DNA from: Okamejei kenojei
Lineage: Eukaryota
Length of the DNA stretch: 64,000 bases
Direction of reading: 5' to 3'
NCBI GenBank assembly: GCA_035221665.1
Contig: CM069160.1
Coordinates: 15,314,001 to 15,378,000, forward strand
This document shows, one piece after another, positions 22,181-36,442 of the stretch; position 1 is the stretch's first letter, and the number at the start of each line of letters is the position of its first letter. The position numbers and the translations under genes were made by a program. The notes beneath the pieces are model-generated. The model searched no databases. It had not been told where the DNA came from and was given only the letters and a program-made list of their open reading frames with translations.

Positions 22181-25100
22181 GGTTGTCAGGTGGCTGCTTG
22201 CTGCCCAATTGTTTACCTCGCTTTTTTTCCAAATGTTTGTGTTCGCGAATATGGATTTTGGTTGTCAGGTAGCTATTTGCTTCCCAATTGTTTGCCTCGC
22301 CTTTTTTAAAAAAGAGTTTGTGTTCACAAAATGAATTTTGGTTGTCAGGTGGCTGCTTGCTGCCCAATTGTTTGCCTCGCCTTTTTAAAAAAAGTTTATG
22401 TTCACAAAATGAATTTTGGTTGTCAGGTGGCTGCTTGCTGCCCAATTGTTTGCCTCGCCTTTTTAAAAAAGGTTTATGTTCACAAAATGAATTTTGGTTG
22501 TCAGGTGGCTGCTTGCTGCCAAATTGTTTGCCTCGCCTTTTTTAAAAAATGTTGTGTTCACAAAATGGTTTTTGGGTTGGTTGGGTTTCAATTGGCTGCG
22601 GGTCCCGAATTTGTTTGCCTGTTCGCCTTTTTGAAAGTTTGTGTTCATATAAAATGGATTTTGGTTGCAGGTGGACGGCGGCCCAATTGTTTTGCCTCGC
22701 CCTTTTAAAAGAGTTTGTGTTCACAAAATGGAATTTGGTTGTCAGGTGGCTGCGGCACAATTGTTTGCCTCACCTAAAAGAGTTTGTGTTCTCAAAATGG
22801 ATTTGGATTGGTAGGTGGGCTGCTTGCTGCCCAATTGTTTGCCTCGCCTTTTAAAAGTGAGTTTGTGTTCACAAAATGGAATTTGGTTGTCAGGTTGGCT
22901 GCGGCACAATTGTTTGCTCTCACCTTTTTAAAGAGTTTGTGTTCCACAAAATGGATTTGGATTGGTAGGTGGCTGCTTGCCTGCCCAATTGTTTGCCCGC
23001 TTTTTAAAGAGTTTGTTTCACAAAATGGATTTTGGTTGTCATTTTTGGCTGCTTGTTGCCCAATTGTTTGCCTCGCCTTTTTAAAAAAAAGTTTGTGTTC
23101 ACAAAATGGATTTTATTTGTCAGGTGGCTGCGGCAACAATTGTCTGCCTCGCCTTTTTAAAGAGTTGTATTCACAAAATAGATTTTTGTTGTCATTTGGC
23201 TGCTTGCTGCCCAATTGTTTGCTCGCCTTTTAAAAAAATGTTGTGTTTACAAAATGAATTTTTGTTGTCAGGTGGCTGTTTGCTGCCAAATTGTCTGCCT
23301 TACCTTTCTTTAAAAAAAAATCAGCTTGTGTTCACAAAAATGGATTTTGGAGTGACTGGCCCATTGTTTGGCCGAAGAGTTTTGGTGTTTAGGGATTTTG
23401 GATGACCCAATTGTTTGCTCGCCTTTTTAAAGAGTTTGAGTTCACAAAATGGGTTTTGGTTCGACAGGCGGCTGCGTCACAATTGTTTGCTCGCCTTTTT
23501 AAAGAGTTAGTGTTCACAAAAATGGATTTTGGTTGTAAGTCGGCTGCGGGCCCAATTCTTTGCCTTGCCCTTATAAAGAGTTTGTGTTCACAAAATGGAT
23601 TTTGGTTGTCAGGCGGCTGCGGCCCAATATTTGGTTTTGCTTCGCTTTTTAAGAGTATGTGTTCACAAAATGGATTTTGGTTGTCAGGTGACTGTGGTCC
23701 AATTGTTTGCCTCGCTTTTAAAGCGTTGTGTTCACAAAATGCACTTGGGTTGGCAGGTGGCTGCTTGCTTCCCAATTGTTTGCCTCGCTTTTTAAAAAGT
23801 TTGTGGTCAGAAAATTGATTTGGTTGTCAGCTGACTGCAACCTATTGTTTGCTCGCCTTTTTGAAGAGTTTGGGTTCACAAATGGATTTTGGTTCTCAGG
23901 CGGCTGCAGCCAATTGTTTTGCCTGCCTTTTTAAAAGTTGTGTTCACAAAATGGATTTGGTTTTCAGGTGGCTGTGGCCCAATTGTTGTCTCGCCTTTTT
24001 AAAGAGATTGTGTTCACAAGATGGATTTTGTTTGACAGGCGTCCATGGCCCAATTGTTTGTCTTGCCTTTTTAAAGAGGTTGTGTTCACAAATGGGTTTT
24101 GGTTGACAGGCCGCAGTGTCACATTTGTTTCCCTCGCCTTTTTAAAGAGTTGTGTTCACAAAATGAATTTTGGTTGTAAGGCGGCTGTGGCCCAATTGTT
24201 TTCCTCGCCTTTTTTAGAGAGTGAGCGGTTGTGTTCTCAATTGGATTTGGTTGTCAGGCGGCTGCGGCCCCAATTGTTTGCCTCACCTTTTTAGAGAGTA
24301 TGTGTTCACAAAAATGGTCTTTGGTTGTTAGGTGGCTGCGGACCAATTGGTTTGCCTCGCCTTTTTAAAGAGTTTGTGTTCACAAAATGGATTTTGGTTG
24401 TCAGGTGGCTGCTTGCTGCCCAATTGTTTGCCTCGCCTTTTTAAAAAAAAAAAGTTTGTGTTCACAATGGATTTTGGCTGTCGATGTCTGCGACCCATTG
24501 TTTGCCTCACCTTTTTAAAGAGTTTGTGTTCACAAAATAGATTTTGGTTGTCAGGTGGCTGCGGCACAATTGTTTGCCTCACCTTTTTAAAGAGTTTCTG
24601 TTCACAAAATGAATTTGGGTTGGCAGGTGGCTACCTGCTCCCCAATCGTTTCCCTCGCCTTTTTAAAAAGTTTGTGTTCACAAAATGATTTTTTGTTGTC
24701 AGGTGGCTGCTTGCTGCCCAATTGTGTGCCTCACCTTTTTTAAAAAAAAGTTTGTGTTCACATGAATTTTGGTTGTCATGAGGTGGCTGCGGCCCAATTG
24801 TTTGTCTCGCCTTTTTGAAGTGTTTGTATTCACAAAATGGATTTTGGTTGTCAGGTGACTGCGGCCCAATTGTTTGCCTCGCCTTTTTGAAGAGTTTGTG
24901 TTCACAAAATGGGTTTTGGTTGTAAGTGCGGCTGCGGCGCAATTATTCGCCTCGCCATTTTAAAGAGTTTGTGCTCACAAAATGGATTTTGGATGTCAGG
25001 CGGCTGCGGCCCAAATGTTTGTCTCGCCTTTTTAAAGAGTCTGTGTTCACAAAATTGATTTTGGTTGTCAAGTGGCTGCTGGCCAATTGTTTTCCTTGCC

Positions 25101-25947
25101 TTTTAAAATAAATGCTGTGTTCACAAAATGAGTTTTTGTTGTCAGGTGGCTGCTTGCTGCTCAATTGTTTGCCTCGCCTTTTTTAAAAAATGTTTGTGTT
25201 CATAAAATGAATTTTGGTTGACAGGTGTTGCTTGCAGCCCAAATGATTGGCTCGCCTTTTTGAAGAGTTTGTGTTCTCAAAATGGATTTTGGTTGGCAGG
25301 CGGCTGCGGCCCAATTGTTTCCCTCGCTTTTTTAAAGAGTTTGTGTTCACAAAATGGATTTTGATTGTCAGGTGGCTGCGGCCCAATTGTTTGCCTTGCC
25401 TTTTTAAAGAGTTTGTGCTCACAAAATGGATTTTGGTTGTCAGGTGGCTGCGGGCCAATAGTTTGCCTCGCCTTTTTTAAAAGTTTGTATTCACAAAATG
25501 GATTATGGTTGTCATTTGGCTGCCTGCTGCCCAATTGTTGCCTCGCCTTTTTAAAGAGTTTGTGTTCACAAAATGGATTTTGGTTGGCAGGTGGCTAGGG
25601 CCCAATTGTTGCCCTTGAGTTTTTAAAGAGTTTTTTTTGTTTTTTTTTCTTTACAAAATGGATTTAGGTTGTCAGGTGGCTGCGGCAAAACTGTTTGGCT
25701 CGCCTTTTTAAAACGGTTGCGTTCACAAAATGGATTTTGGTTGTCATTTGGCTGCTTGCTGCCCAAATGTTAGCCTCGCATTTAAAAAAAAATGTTGTGT
25801 TCACAAAATAAATTTTAGTTGTCAGGTTATTGCTTGCACCCAATTGTTTGCTCCACCTTTTTGAAGAGTTTGTGTATGCCCCCAAATATGGATTTTGGTT
25901 GTCTGGTGGCTGCGGCCCAAATTGTTTGCCTTGCCTTGGCTTTTAAA
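22181..25947 (+). repeat. 73-79-bp tandem satellite, right part
   Basis: Same unit, with a shorter gctgcggcccaattg variant; resumes exactly in register after the DIRS element. Confidence 0.95.
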
Positions 25948-26355
25948 TTCATGCAACAGTTGGCTTCCAGCATTCGGCCCGCAACACCATTCTAGCGCAA
26001 CAGAAAGCCCCCCCCCCCCCCCCCCCCCCCCTCCCCCCCCAACCTGGCAGCAATATTGGAATTGGTGGAAGGTGGAATATTGCGTTGGTGACCATTCTCC
26101 CCGTGTGATGATGCTGGGACCCAATGGGTTTCCACTTAGTTGGTTGATCATATATTTTACAGGTTATTTGCCATTTTGAACTTTGAAAACGTCGCAATTC
26201 GCGCTTAACACACTTGCCAGCCGCACCTGCCACAGTTGGGGGAGCGTTGCCGTGACTCAGTCACATGTGACCTGCGCAGTTGTGGGCTATGGCCCCGTCA
26301 GTGGTGGATATTGCATTGGGGGACGGGGCCCACACGGGTCCACAACTTGGTCAAG

Positions 26356-26670
26356 CCCACTCTGTCCAAGCCTTTTCACTATTCGGTACGTTTCAATGGG
26401 GTTCCCCCCTCTCCCTCATTCTTCTAAACTCCAGCGAGTACAGGCCCAGTGCCGTCAAACGAGAAGATGAGGAGGAATTTGCTTCAACCAGAGGGTGGTG
26501 AATCTGCTGAAAACGGAGATTGACAGGTTTTTGATTAGTAAAGGAGTCAGAGGTTACGGGGAGCAGGCAGGAGAAATGGGGTTGAGAGGGAACGAGAGAT
26601 GGTAGTGATTGAACAGCGGAATAGACTCGATGGGCTGAATGGCCAAATTCTGCTCCATGACTTAAGAACT
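26356..26670. mobile_element. Rearranged CR1 fragment (inverted 5' piece + 3' end); inverted copy at 56955-57259
   Basis: Minus-strand CR1 coding piece joined at ~26461 to a plus-strand CR1 3' end. Confidence 0.6.
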
Positions 26671-29600
26671 AATTTAAGCACAAATTCTTAACAGCGATTA
26701 GGATTAACTGAACAGCAACCAAAATGTCCACAAAAATCCAAGGCAATCTAACGGGTTGCTTGGCACATTAGATATCCGGTTTACGCTGAAGATAGACACC
26801 AAATGCTGGAGTAACTCAGCGGGCCAGCCAGCATCTCTGGAGGAAATGAAATGGGTGACGTTTCGGGTCAAGATGGATCGCAGAACAGGAGAAGAAAGGC
26901 AACTGGAGCTTAGTAAAACAAATATAACAGTTGGCCCTCAGAAAAATGCTGCCGAGCCATCCACAGGAAAACATAAACAAAATATTAGCTGCACTCAAAT
27001 ACAAATTAAACCAGTACTCTTAGCAAGAAATCAGTAGGGCATTTCAATTCACCATACCGCAAAATTCGGCGATGAACCCCATGAACTTTTAGCAAGGACT
27101 ACTTCGTAAATTAGAAAACGACCGTACCATACGTTAAAATCAGATCGGAAAAAAGGAGAACTGCTCTCACCACCAAAGATATCAATGAAAAGATTTCAAC
27201 TATTTTATCAAAGCCTCTACTCATCTCAAACAACAGCTGATTCAGTGACGATGCAGACTTTTCTGGAGAAGTGCAATCTTCCAACCCTCAGTGCGACTTT
27301 GAACATAAGGGATTGGGTTCAGAGATAACAGTAAAAGGAATTTCAGAGACCATTAAATCACTGAAACGGGGATAGAACTCCTGGCCCAGGACGGGCTCCT
27401 CAATAATGAAATTTTTACAAAAAATTTAACAATATCAGTTCTCCACGTCTACAATGCCTGTATACCCAGGCATTCAAGGAGCAGACTTTACCGCCAGACT
27501 CTAGCAGAATCAATTTAGCACATGAATCCGAAAAAAAGATACGAACCTTGAAGAGCCGGGGACCTTACAAAGCAATTGCCCTTTTAAATACGATCAGAAG
27601 ATTCTATTTGGGTATTCAAAATTACAAGAAAAATACAAAGCATATTTACAAATTTTATGCCTTCATTAAATAAACTCAACACGTGTTTAAATTCTGGAAA
27701 ACTTCTGTTATCATCAATAGGCAGATAAACGCTATAAAAATGATCTTTTTTCCACAAATATTATACCTATTTCAATCTATACATTTATATATACCAAAAC
27801 ACTTCTTAAAAAACTAGGACTTCCATAATACCAAATTTTATCTGAGATAATGATCACACCAGGATTAAAAGAAAACATTTGTGCAAACCAAAAGACATTG
27901 GGGGACTTTCACTTCCGAAACTTTTGGTTTATTTATTTGGGCAGTGCATATTAAGAATATAATTTAATGTTGGACAGTTCTACCCAACAGAAGATGGATA
28001 AGAATGGAGGAAAGAGGACTGGTTCTCCTTGTAATTTGGAGTGATCCTCTTCTTCCCCGAGATAAAACTGTACAACAAATATATAAGAATACCCAATTAA
28101 CACATGATACAATAAGAATTTGGAAAACAAATAAAATTATCCTTTAATTAAGACACCTAGCATTGTTAATGCCAATAGTGAATAATCTTCATTTAAATCA
28201 TCTCTTATGATAAAACATCTAATCAACGGGAAAATAATGGGAATTAAAAGGTCAGGGATATGTATGAAATGGGAAATCTGTTATCATTCCAACAATTACC
28301 AATTAAATTTAAATTGAAAAATAACCAATATTTTAAATATCTTCAGATCTGCGAACTTCATGAAAAAATACATACAATGTTTTCAAAACATATTTTAGAT
28401 CCACTGGAAGGAAGTAATGAACATTATATGCTGACTCTCAGAAAATTAAATATCATATTATATAATAGTATTGCTAAATATAGATTTACATCGACAGAGG
28501 CACTTAGAGAAGAATGGGAATGGAGAATTAATGATAAAATTACGAAGGAAACTGTGGGAAAAGTATTTTGATATATATACACACAACTGTTCGATTAATG
28601 TAAGACATTAATTAAATTCAATTTAAAATTTTACATAGATTATATTACTCAAACAAATTGAATAAATTCTATCCAAACTTCCCCATTTGTGATAAATGTC
28701 TATCCAAAATGCAAACTATAAAACACACTCTTTTGTCTCCTGCATAAAACTTATTAAATTTGGCGTTATATTTTGAAATATTACAAAATTATTTAGATAT
28801 AACGGAACTTAATACTGAAATTATTATATTTTGGAGTAATGGCAGATGGGAATAGTAATTGAAATATCTCAAAATATATTCTTTAATTATGGGTTAATAA
28901 TGGCAAAAAAACTTATACTGTAATTTATGGCCACCTACACATTCAACGCTTAAAATGTGGATTTCAAACATGTTGGACACGCACATCTTGAGGAATGCGA
29001 TTCCTCCTAATAGATAATAAATCAGACCAATTGTTAAACGAGTTGGTCTCCATTTGTCAATTTTTGGAAGGCATATGGTGCGACAAAAACCGTAGAAGCT
29101 AACTGTTCAGGATTGGTTAGGGGATGGTCACGAGTATAGTAACCTAATCTCCTTAATCTCTTACTTTCTTCTCTTTTTCTTTCTCAACTTTCTTCTTTCA
29201 CACGTTTATCTTTCTACACACTATAAAAAAATAAAATTAAATTTTAAAAAAAAAAAAAAATCGGGAAAAAAGATAGAAGAATCGCTTGAAGAGCCGGGGA
29301 CTTACAGAGCCAATTTCCCTTTTTAAATACTTGATCAGAGATTCTAACCAAGACCTTGGCTCGTCGACTCAGCTCGTCATTGGCAAACTTGTACACTCAG
29401 ATCAAACTGTGTTTCATAGCCACACGACATCCTTTCAAATAATCTGAGACAGGCGGTTTATATAATTTACGCTCACTGAATAACGAATGAAGACCTCACC
29501 AATCATTGTACGGACACGGCAAAAGCTTTCGACCAAGTTGAATGGTCTTATCTTTCCACAGTACTGGAAAAATTCCAATTAGGCGAAGACTCATCTTCAT

Positions 29601-31951
29601 GGGTGAAGCTTCTATATACTAACCGAGTGCCAGAATATTAAACCATCCCAAAACACTTGCATTTAAATTTTCTATTCAGGGGCAATAGCAACAAGGATGC
29701 GATTTCTCCCATGCTATTTTGATTAGCCATAGAAACCACTTGCTGAGGAGTATCAAAGTCCACCCAGCATAATGGATACAATACGAAACTTCACTATTAA
29801 CAAAAATTTCCCTTTAAGCAGGACCGGAAGCACTATTATACATTACTAACCCCGAACCAGTATCCAAATTTAATATCCACTATAGACCCGATTCAGCACC
29901 TTCTCTGGCTACAGAATTAATTGAATAAAAAAGCAAAATGATGCCAGTAAATGAACAAGACATACCTGGCTCAACCGTTCGCTTTTAGAATTTGTAACTT
30001 ACAATTCAGCTCTCTTGGGGTTATGTTACCAAGGAAATATTCCCTCCTGTTCAAAAGATGCCCCTCAATTTAATCTTTAAAACTTCATACTATATTCAAA
30101 ATTTTTTGGAAAACGCTGCCTTATTTCCCTCATGGACACATTGAAATGTCTTAAGATGACCATTCTCCGCAGCTTTGATATTATTTCAGACAGTACCGAT
30201 GCATCTTCCAAATCTTTCTTTAAAAAAAGGATTCCTGATTGTTACTACTCATTTGGGACTACAAAAGCCACTGAATACACAAACAACACTTGTGCAAATC
30301 AAAGAGAATGGTAGGATTAGCCTTCCCCAATTTCCTCTCTTACTACTGGGCAACGAATATTAAAACATAATCTTCAGGTTGGATGATTCACACCAATCAG
30401 GCCAACTGGTAAAAAAATGGAAAGAGAACATTGCTTACCTTTTCCATAGGGCTTACTCATGCACCGATTTTCATGTCAGTCTCCCATATCTGAATAGTCA
30501 ATGTTTGATCAATACCTAATATACATGGTACTATTTGTATCTGCCGCAAGGGACCTGGATAGGCTCGGTGAGTGGGCAAAATCCATGGCAGATGCAGTTA
30601 TAATGGGGGGTAATATGAGGTTATCCACTTTGGTGGCAACAAAAACAGGAGGGTAAGACTTTTATCTGAATGGTGGCTAATTAGGAAAAAACATGGAGAT
30701 GCACGAGACCAGGGTGTCATGGTTCACCAATTCATGAAAGTAGGATGCAGGGGCAGCAGGCAGTGGTATGTTAGCATTCATAGCGAAAGGATTTGAGTTA
30801 GGAGGCAGGGAGGTTCTTACTGCAGTTGTACAGGGTTTTGGTGAGACCACACTGGAATATTGCGTACAGTTTGGTCTCCAAATCTGTGAGGAATTCATTC
30901 CCTTGCCATTTAGAGGGGGTACAGAGAGGTTACCAGATGATTACTGGGATGGCAGGACTTTTATATGAGGAAGATGGATAGATTGCGCTTGTATTCGCTG
31001 GGAATTTAGAAGATTGATGGTGGTCTTATGAAAACTTACAAAATTCTTAAGGGGTTGGATAGGGGGCCGTGATGCAGGAAGATTGTTCCAATGTTGGGAG
31101 GTCTGAACAAGGGGTGACAGTCTAAGGATAAGGGGAAGGAATTCCTTGGACCGAGATGAGGAAAACATTTTTTCACTCAAGGAGTGGTGAGTCTCTGGAA
31201 TTCTCTGCCACAGAAGATAGTGAGGCCAGTTCATTGGCTATATTTAAGAGGGTTAGATGTGGGCCTTGTGGCTAAGGAATTGGGAAGGGGTTATGAGGAA
31301 GTGCGGTACAGGTATACTGAGTTGGATGATCAGCAATGTTCCATATTGAATGGCAGTGCAGGCTCGAAGGGCCGAATGGATACTCCTGCATCTATTTTCT
31401 ATGGTTTCTATATCTATGTTTTCTATTTGGAAACAGTGAAGCTCTGTCTCAAATGAGAGGACAGTCTCCTTTATACTATTGCAAAAATCCCTATTTCAAC
31501 CTTACTTTAGATGGTGTTTTCACCTATGAGAACAAAGGGATCAACATTGGGAGACAATTACAGAAGGGGGACTTTTTATCTTCCAGAGTTGCCGGAATAT
31601 CGATAAGATACCAATTAGTTTTTTTCAGATATCTTAGGTTAGGGCTGTGTAAAAAACATAATGCAAGACTGCAACACTGTAAGTCCAGATAAACTCGATG
31701 ATGTTTGAATAGATATGCAGTACGGTAGTTGATATTTGCATTTCCAATGTTCTTCAAACCTCAAACACCCCTCAACTGAGGTTTACAGGCATGCATGGGA
31801 AGAAGAGATGGGTCAACAAATCTCCCATGATAAATGGGCCGAATGCTTACTATATATCCATACTTGCTCCATAAATGCAGGACATAGCCTGTACAGGTCA
31901 AGTGCTGCACAGGTTATACTTCTCCAAAAACCGAACTGAACAAAATATCCC
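26670..31951 (+). mobile_element. Nested L1 elements: host L1 (26670-27605 and 29261-31951) with a second L1 3' fragment (27606-29260)
   Basis: ORF2 remnants, poly(A) at 29224-29260; noisy mirror of 50390-56950. Confidence 0.8.
30544..31427 (+). mobile_element. CR1 LINE 3' fragment inserted in L1 (absent from the paralogue)
   Basis: LEYCVQF and SLWNSLPQ motifs, (ttctat)-type tail; the empty site reads tatttgtatctggaaacag on the minus strand at ~51532-51550. Confidence 0.85.
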
Positions 31952-32451
31952 NNNNNNNNNNNNNNNNNNNNNNNNNNNNNNNNNNNNNNNNNNNNNNNNN
32001 NNNNNNNNNNNNNNNNNNNNNNNNNNNNNNNNNNNNNNNNNNNNNNNNNNNNNNNNNNNNNNNNNNNNNNNNNNNNNNNNNNNNNNNNNNNNNNNNNNNN
32101 NNNNNNNNNNNNNNNNNNNNNNNNNNNNNNNNNNNNNNNNNNNNNNNNNNNNNNNNNNNNNNNNNNNNNNNNNNNNNNNNNNNNNNNNNNNNNNNNNNNN
32201 NNNNNNNNNNNNNNNNNNNNNNNNNNNNNNNNNNNNNNNNNNNNNNNNNNNNNNNNNNNNNNNNNNNNNNNNNNNNNNNNNNNNNNNNNNNNNNNNNNNN
32301 NNNNNNNNNNNNNNNNNNNNNNNNNNNNNNNNNNNNNNNNNNNNNNNNNNNNNNNNNNNNNNNNNNNNNNNNNNNNNNNNNNNNNNNNNNNNNNNNNNNN
32401 NNNNNNNNNNNNNNNNNNNNNNNNNNNNNNNNNNNNNNNNNNNNNNNNNNN
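31952..32451. other. Scaffold gap of exactly 500 N (other gaps: 9911-10039, 14405-14860, 62077-62347, 62396-62614)
   Basis: Counted directly; the round size suggests an arbitrary join between contigs. Confidence 0.9.
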
Positions 32452-35400
32452 GAGGGGTGGATTTAATGATTATATTGGATGGTGGGTTGTTGTTAGGATT
32501 TGTGATGTATGTATAGGTTGTAGATAGAATGAAAAGGTGTAGTAAGTGGAAAAGGTGGAAGAGATTGTGTTAGAGATATGTTTTCGATAGATTTTGTGAT
32601 ATTTGTGAAAGGAGGTATGAGAGGATAGATTGAGAGAGAGAATGTTAGGGGATAGATGTATTGGTTATGTAGAATGTGATTGAAATTTTAAGGGGGATAA
32701 TTAGCACGAAGGACTTCTTATTGTTGTACTGGTGGTCTGAGGAGGAGAGAGAGATAGAGTGAGAGAGAGAGAGAGAGAAGGGAGATAGAGCGAGATGCGC
32801 TCGTAGTTCAGTCGAGAGATACAGCGTGGAAACAGGTCCCTCGTGTTTATCCCGCCTTTCTCGACCACTATCTTCCTCCACTCGGGGGGCTCGGGGGCAA
32901 TTTTAACCAAGCACGGACAATTAACCTACAAGCCGCATACCCACGTGTTGTGTGATGTGAGATTGGATGGAGAGAGAGAGAGGGGAGGCCTGGAGACAGG
33001 ACGCAAAGTCAGTAGGCATCTACAAAGGAGACGGATTTGAAGCCGCGAACCAAGGAGATACAAGGTACAATCCAGCAAGGCTTGAACGCTGGCGGGGAGA
33101 AGACACACAACTCTAACAAAGGTAGACCTTTAGAATTACATCTGTGCTGTATTCATATGTGTGGCTGTATCTCGAGACATACAAAAGACTGCAGACGCCG
33201 GAATTCTTTATGCGAGACACGACGTGGCGCAGCGGTAAGTTGCCGCCTCAATGGTCGCCAAAGACCCGGTTCAATCCTGACACTGGGCGCTGTCTGTACG
33301 AGTTTGCTCTTCTCCCAGTGACGCGACAGCGCATGGGTATACTCCGGGAGCCCCGGTTTCCCCCCCACACCACCAAAGACGTAGAGATTTGTAGGTTAAT
33401 GCATTTGGGTAAAAATTAGTAAATCGACTTTAGAGTGCTGGTGGTGCCGGGTGATCGGTGTGTAGATAGTGTAGTGTGCGAGGTGTGCGAGGTGGTGGGC
33501 GCCGATGGGCCTGTTTCCGCGCTGTATCTCTCAAACAAAAAACAAACTAAATCTCTAGAAATGCACGCCAATATTCACGGATACAATACAATAAAACTCT
33601 ATAATCAAATATCATTATACCAGATGATGTAATTATTATATAATTACAAAATCAAACTTAGCATACCAAATCTATTAACCTTAATAGAAGAATTTGGTTC
33701 CTTTTCAGGATAAAGAATAAATTGTAATAAAAGCGAAATAATGAAAGGGGACGATAAAACACATCTTTTAAAATACCCTTTAGAATTACTACAGAAAGAT
33801 TTAAATGCTGGGTTCTCAAATTATACTAAAAATATAAATCTCTATTAACGCAAATTATCAGCCCCTTACTTACTAAATTACAAACAACGAATCCAATTTT
33901 GAAAACACTAACCGATGTCCTTAATAGGCATAATCAAATGCCATTAGAATGATTTTTCTTCACAAATACTCTATTGGATTCCAAGCAAAACCTACATATA
34001 TACTTTTAAAAAACTCATTTAAAAAAATTGACATTCTTACATTACAAATTTCATGTGGGACTATACATCCCCATAAATTCAAGAAGACATTTATGAATAT
34101 TTGGGGGACAACCCTTCCCAATTTTTACGTACTACTATTGGGCAGTGAACATTAACAATATAATGTACTGGTTGATAGTTTTCATCATAACAGGCAGAAA
34201 TGGACTATAATGGAGAAGGAAGATTGCACTCCTTTGAACATAGGAGCGATCCTTTTCTGCCCAATAAAAATTGAAGAACACAATATATAAGAGAAACCCC
34301 GAAGATTCACAGCACAAATACGAATTTGGAGACAAATAAAATCCTCCCTTAAATTAACGACATCTTATAACCTGTTATGTTACGCTTCTCTCATCGACAG
34401 CTACAACCCCGGCGGTTTGACCATCGCTATTGACAAAAAACGTTGTCACGCATCTGGAACGATAGGAATTAAGACCTGGGAAATTTGTATGAAAGAAGAA
34501 AAATGGTTTACAATTTCCAAGACTTACACTTAAATACAAATTTGGAAAACAATCACTATTTAGATACTTACAAACCCGAATTATGGTGAAAAAAACAAAC
34601 ACTCACCAGATATCAAAATTTGAAGTTGGATCTACTAAGAGCAAGGCATGAATAGCAATCGAATGGATCATTTTAACATCATATAATTATAATACAATTC
34701 TTAACATTATAGATATACCTCGACAGAAGGTATAAGAGAATGAATTGGGATCTATGATTTTCTATAGAAATTCCCAAGGACAGATTGGGGAAAGACATAT
34801 GTCATATGTAATAAAATTCGAATAACGTTAGACAACACTGATCCAATTTAAAATTGTACACAGATTAATATTAACTCCAAAAACTAACTAATATAAAATA
34901 TTTCCAAACGTCCTCTGTCTCCCCTTCCTGTGATAAGTGCCTAACTAACCGAGGAACATAGCACACTCATTTGTTTCCCTGTGCCAAAACTTCAGAATTT
35001 TTGGCAGGACATTTTGAAAAGCTTTTCAAAAAATTTAAATTAAATGACTGAACACCAACTACCGAATTAATTATTATCTCGGAGCAAGGGAACTGCTCTG
35101 AACTAACCAATATTTCAAAGAAGTTTCCCTATCTATTGTTGAATTAACGGCAAAAAAAATCATAGCTAAATAAATCTGGAAAAAACGCTCAAATTATCCC
35201 AACGTTTTAAAATGTGGATCACAAATATGTCGGAATATTACATCTCGAGGAATGAGACTCGATTCATAGTAGGAAAACCATAACAATTCTTAAGATAAGG
35301 TCGCCTTTTAATTGATTTGTAAGAAGTAAAATATGGTGCAAGCATAAAACCCTAGTACGTTATTGTTTAAGAACTAGGTGATGGGTATGAATGGTATATG

Positions 35401-36390
35401 TGTTAGGCACATTCCATTTCTTTTTTCTTTAAGCCTCTAACCTTCTTTGGATGTTTTAACTTATTTCCATTCCCTTCTTAAGCCCTCATCTCTTGGGGGC
35501 CTTGTATTTTTTTTTTCTTTTTTCTTTCTTTTTCTATCTTTCTGTTGTTCCTTCTCAAGCTCACGCATTCCTGCTTGACCATCAATCATTCATCTAACTC
35601 CAACCGCGGCCGACTACAACTTCACCACTATTCTCTAATTCTCCTCTGCTTTCTCCCTCTTATGGTTTTCTATTATTGGTTAAATTGTATAACATTTAAA
35701 AAAAAAAGAGAAGTTGTACAACGAATGTATTTGGTTGCATATCTTGATTCAGATGTATGTACAATGCTTCTAACAAAAAAAAAATAATAAAATAAAACAT
35801 TATAAAAACAAAACGAAATACTCTTGGAAAGGGTCAGTCCGTCATACATGGCCAATGCATCGCTGCCCGCTCCCTGACCGAGACTGGCCGCTTTGGACAG
35901 GCCGGTAGCCGATTACAAAACCCAGTTTAAGTTCAGTACAACAACGTCGGAACAGTGCAGCCCTTCGAGAGGCCGCGCCGACCAAGAGCGATACCCTCGC
36001 ACACCAACCACTACCCTACACACAACACACACACTGGGACATTGTATACATATTCACACAAGAGAGCCATTTAACCCACAGAACCGATGGGTCTGTGAGT
36101 GTGGGCGGAAACCGGAGAATTCCCGGAGAAAAGCCACGCGGGACCCAAAAACCGCGGTCGCATCCGATGGGACCCGGGTCTCCAGGCGCTGCGGAGGCCG
36201 CGACTAACCACCTGCCTCAAGTTGGGTGACGGAGAATACAAATCCCAATTCCCACACCCCCCAGCCTTTGGCAGGTCGGGTCCGCGAATGATCATCCGAG
36301 GAATTAAGGGGTGTTGGGGGTGTGGGGGGGATGGGCTTAGGGAGCTGTCGCGCTGAATTTTTCATTTTTTTCCCTGTGAGAGTTTTAACC

Positions 36391-36442
36391 ATGATTGGTG
36401 GGCCCGGCGCCATTTGTGTGATCCTGTCTGTGGGGCCGCGGG
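36391..36442 (+). pseudogene. Leader exon, second gene copy (indel-damaged or mis-sequenced)
   Basis: Reverse-complement match to 4495-4540 (atgattggtgggcccggcgccatttgtgtgatcctgtctgtgggg) with indels. Confidence 0.55.

Larger units (their letters stand above)
14861..26355 (+). mobile_element. Non-autonomous Helitron-like element containing G-rich tract, satellite array and DIRS insertion (5' end probably in the gap)
   Basis: The 3' hairpin + CTAG|T is clear in the paralogous copy (57259-57286) and noisy here (26325-26355). The 5' TC terminus is not visible. Confidence 0.55.

Noticed and set aside
15432-25947. Many Cys-rich ORFs and a CRISPR-like periodicity in the satellite (also 57635-61392)
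   Set aside because: The ORFs are by-products of a ~78-bp unit, open in several frames and broken by A/T-run slippage. There are no unique spacers or cas genes, and the context is eukaryotic.
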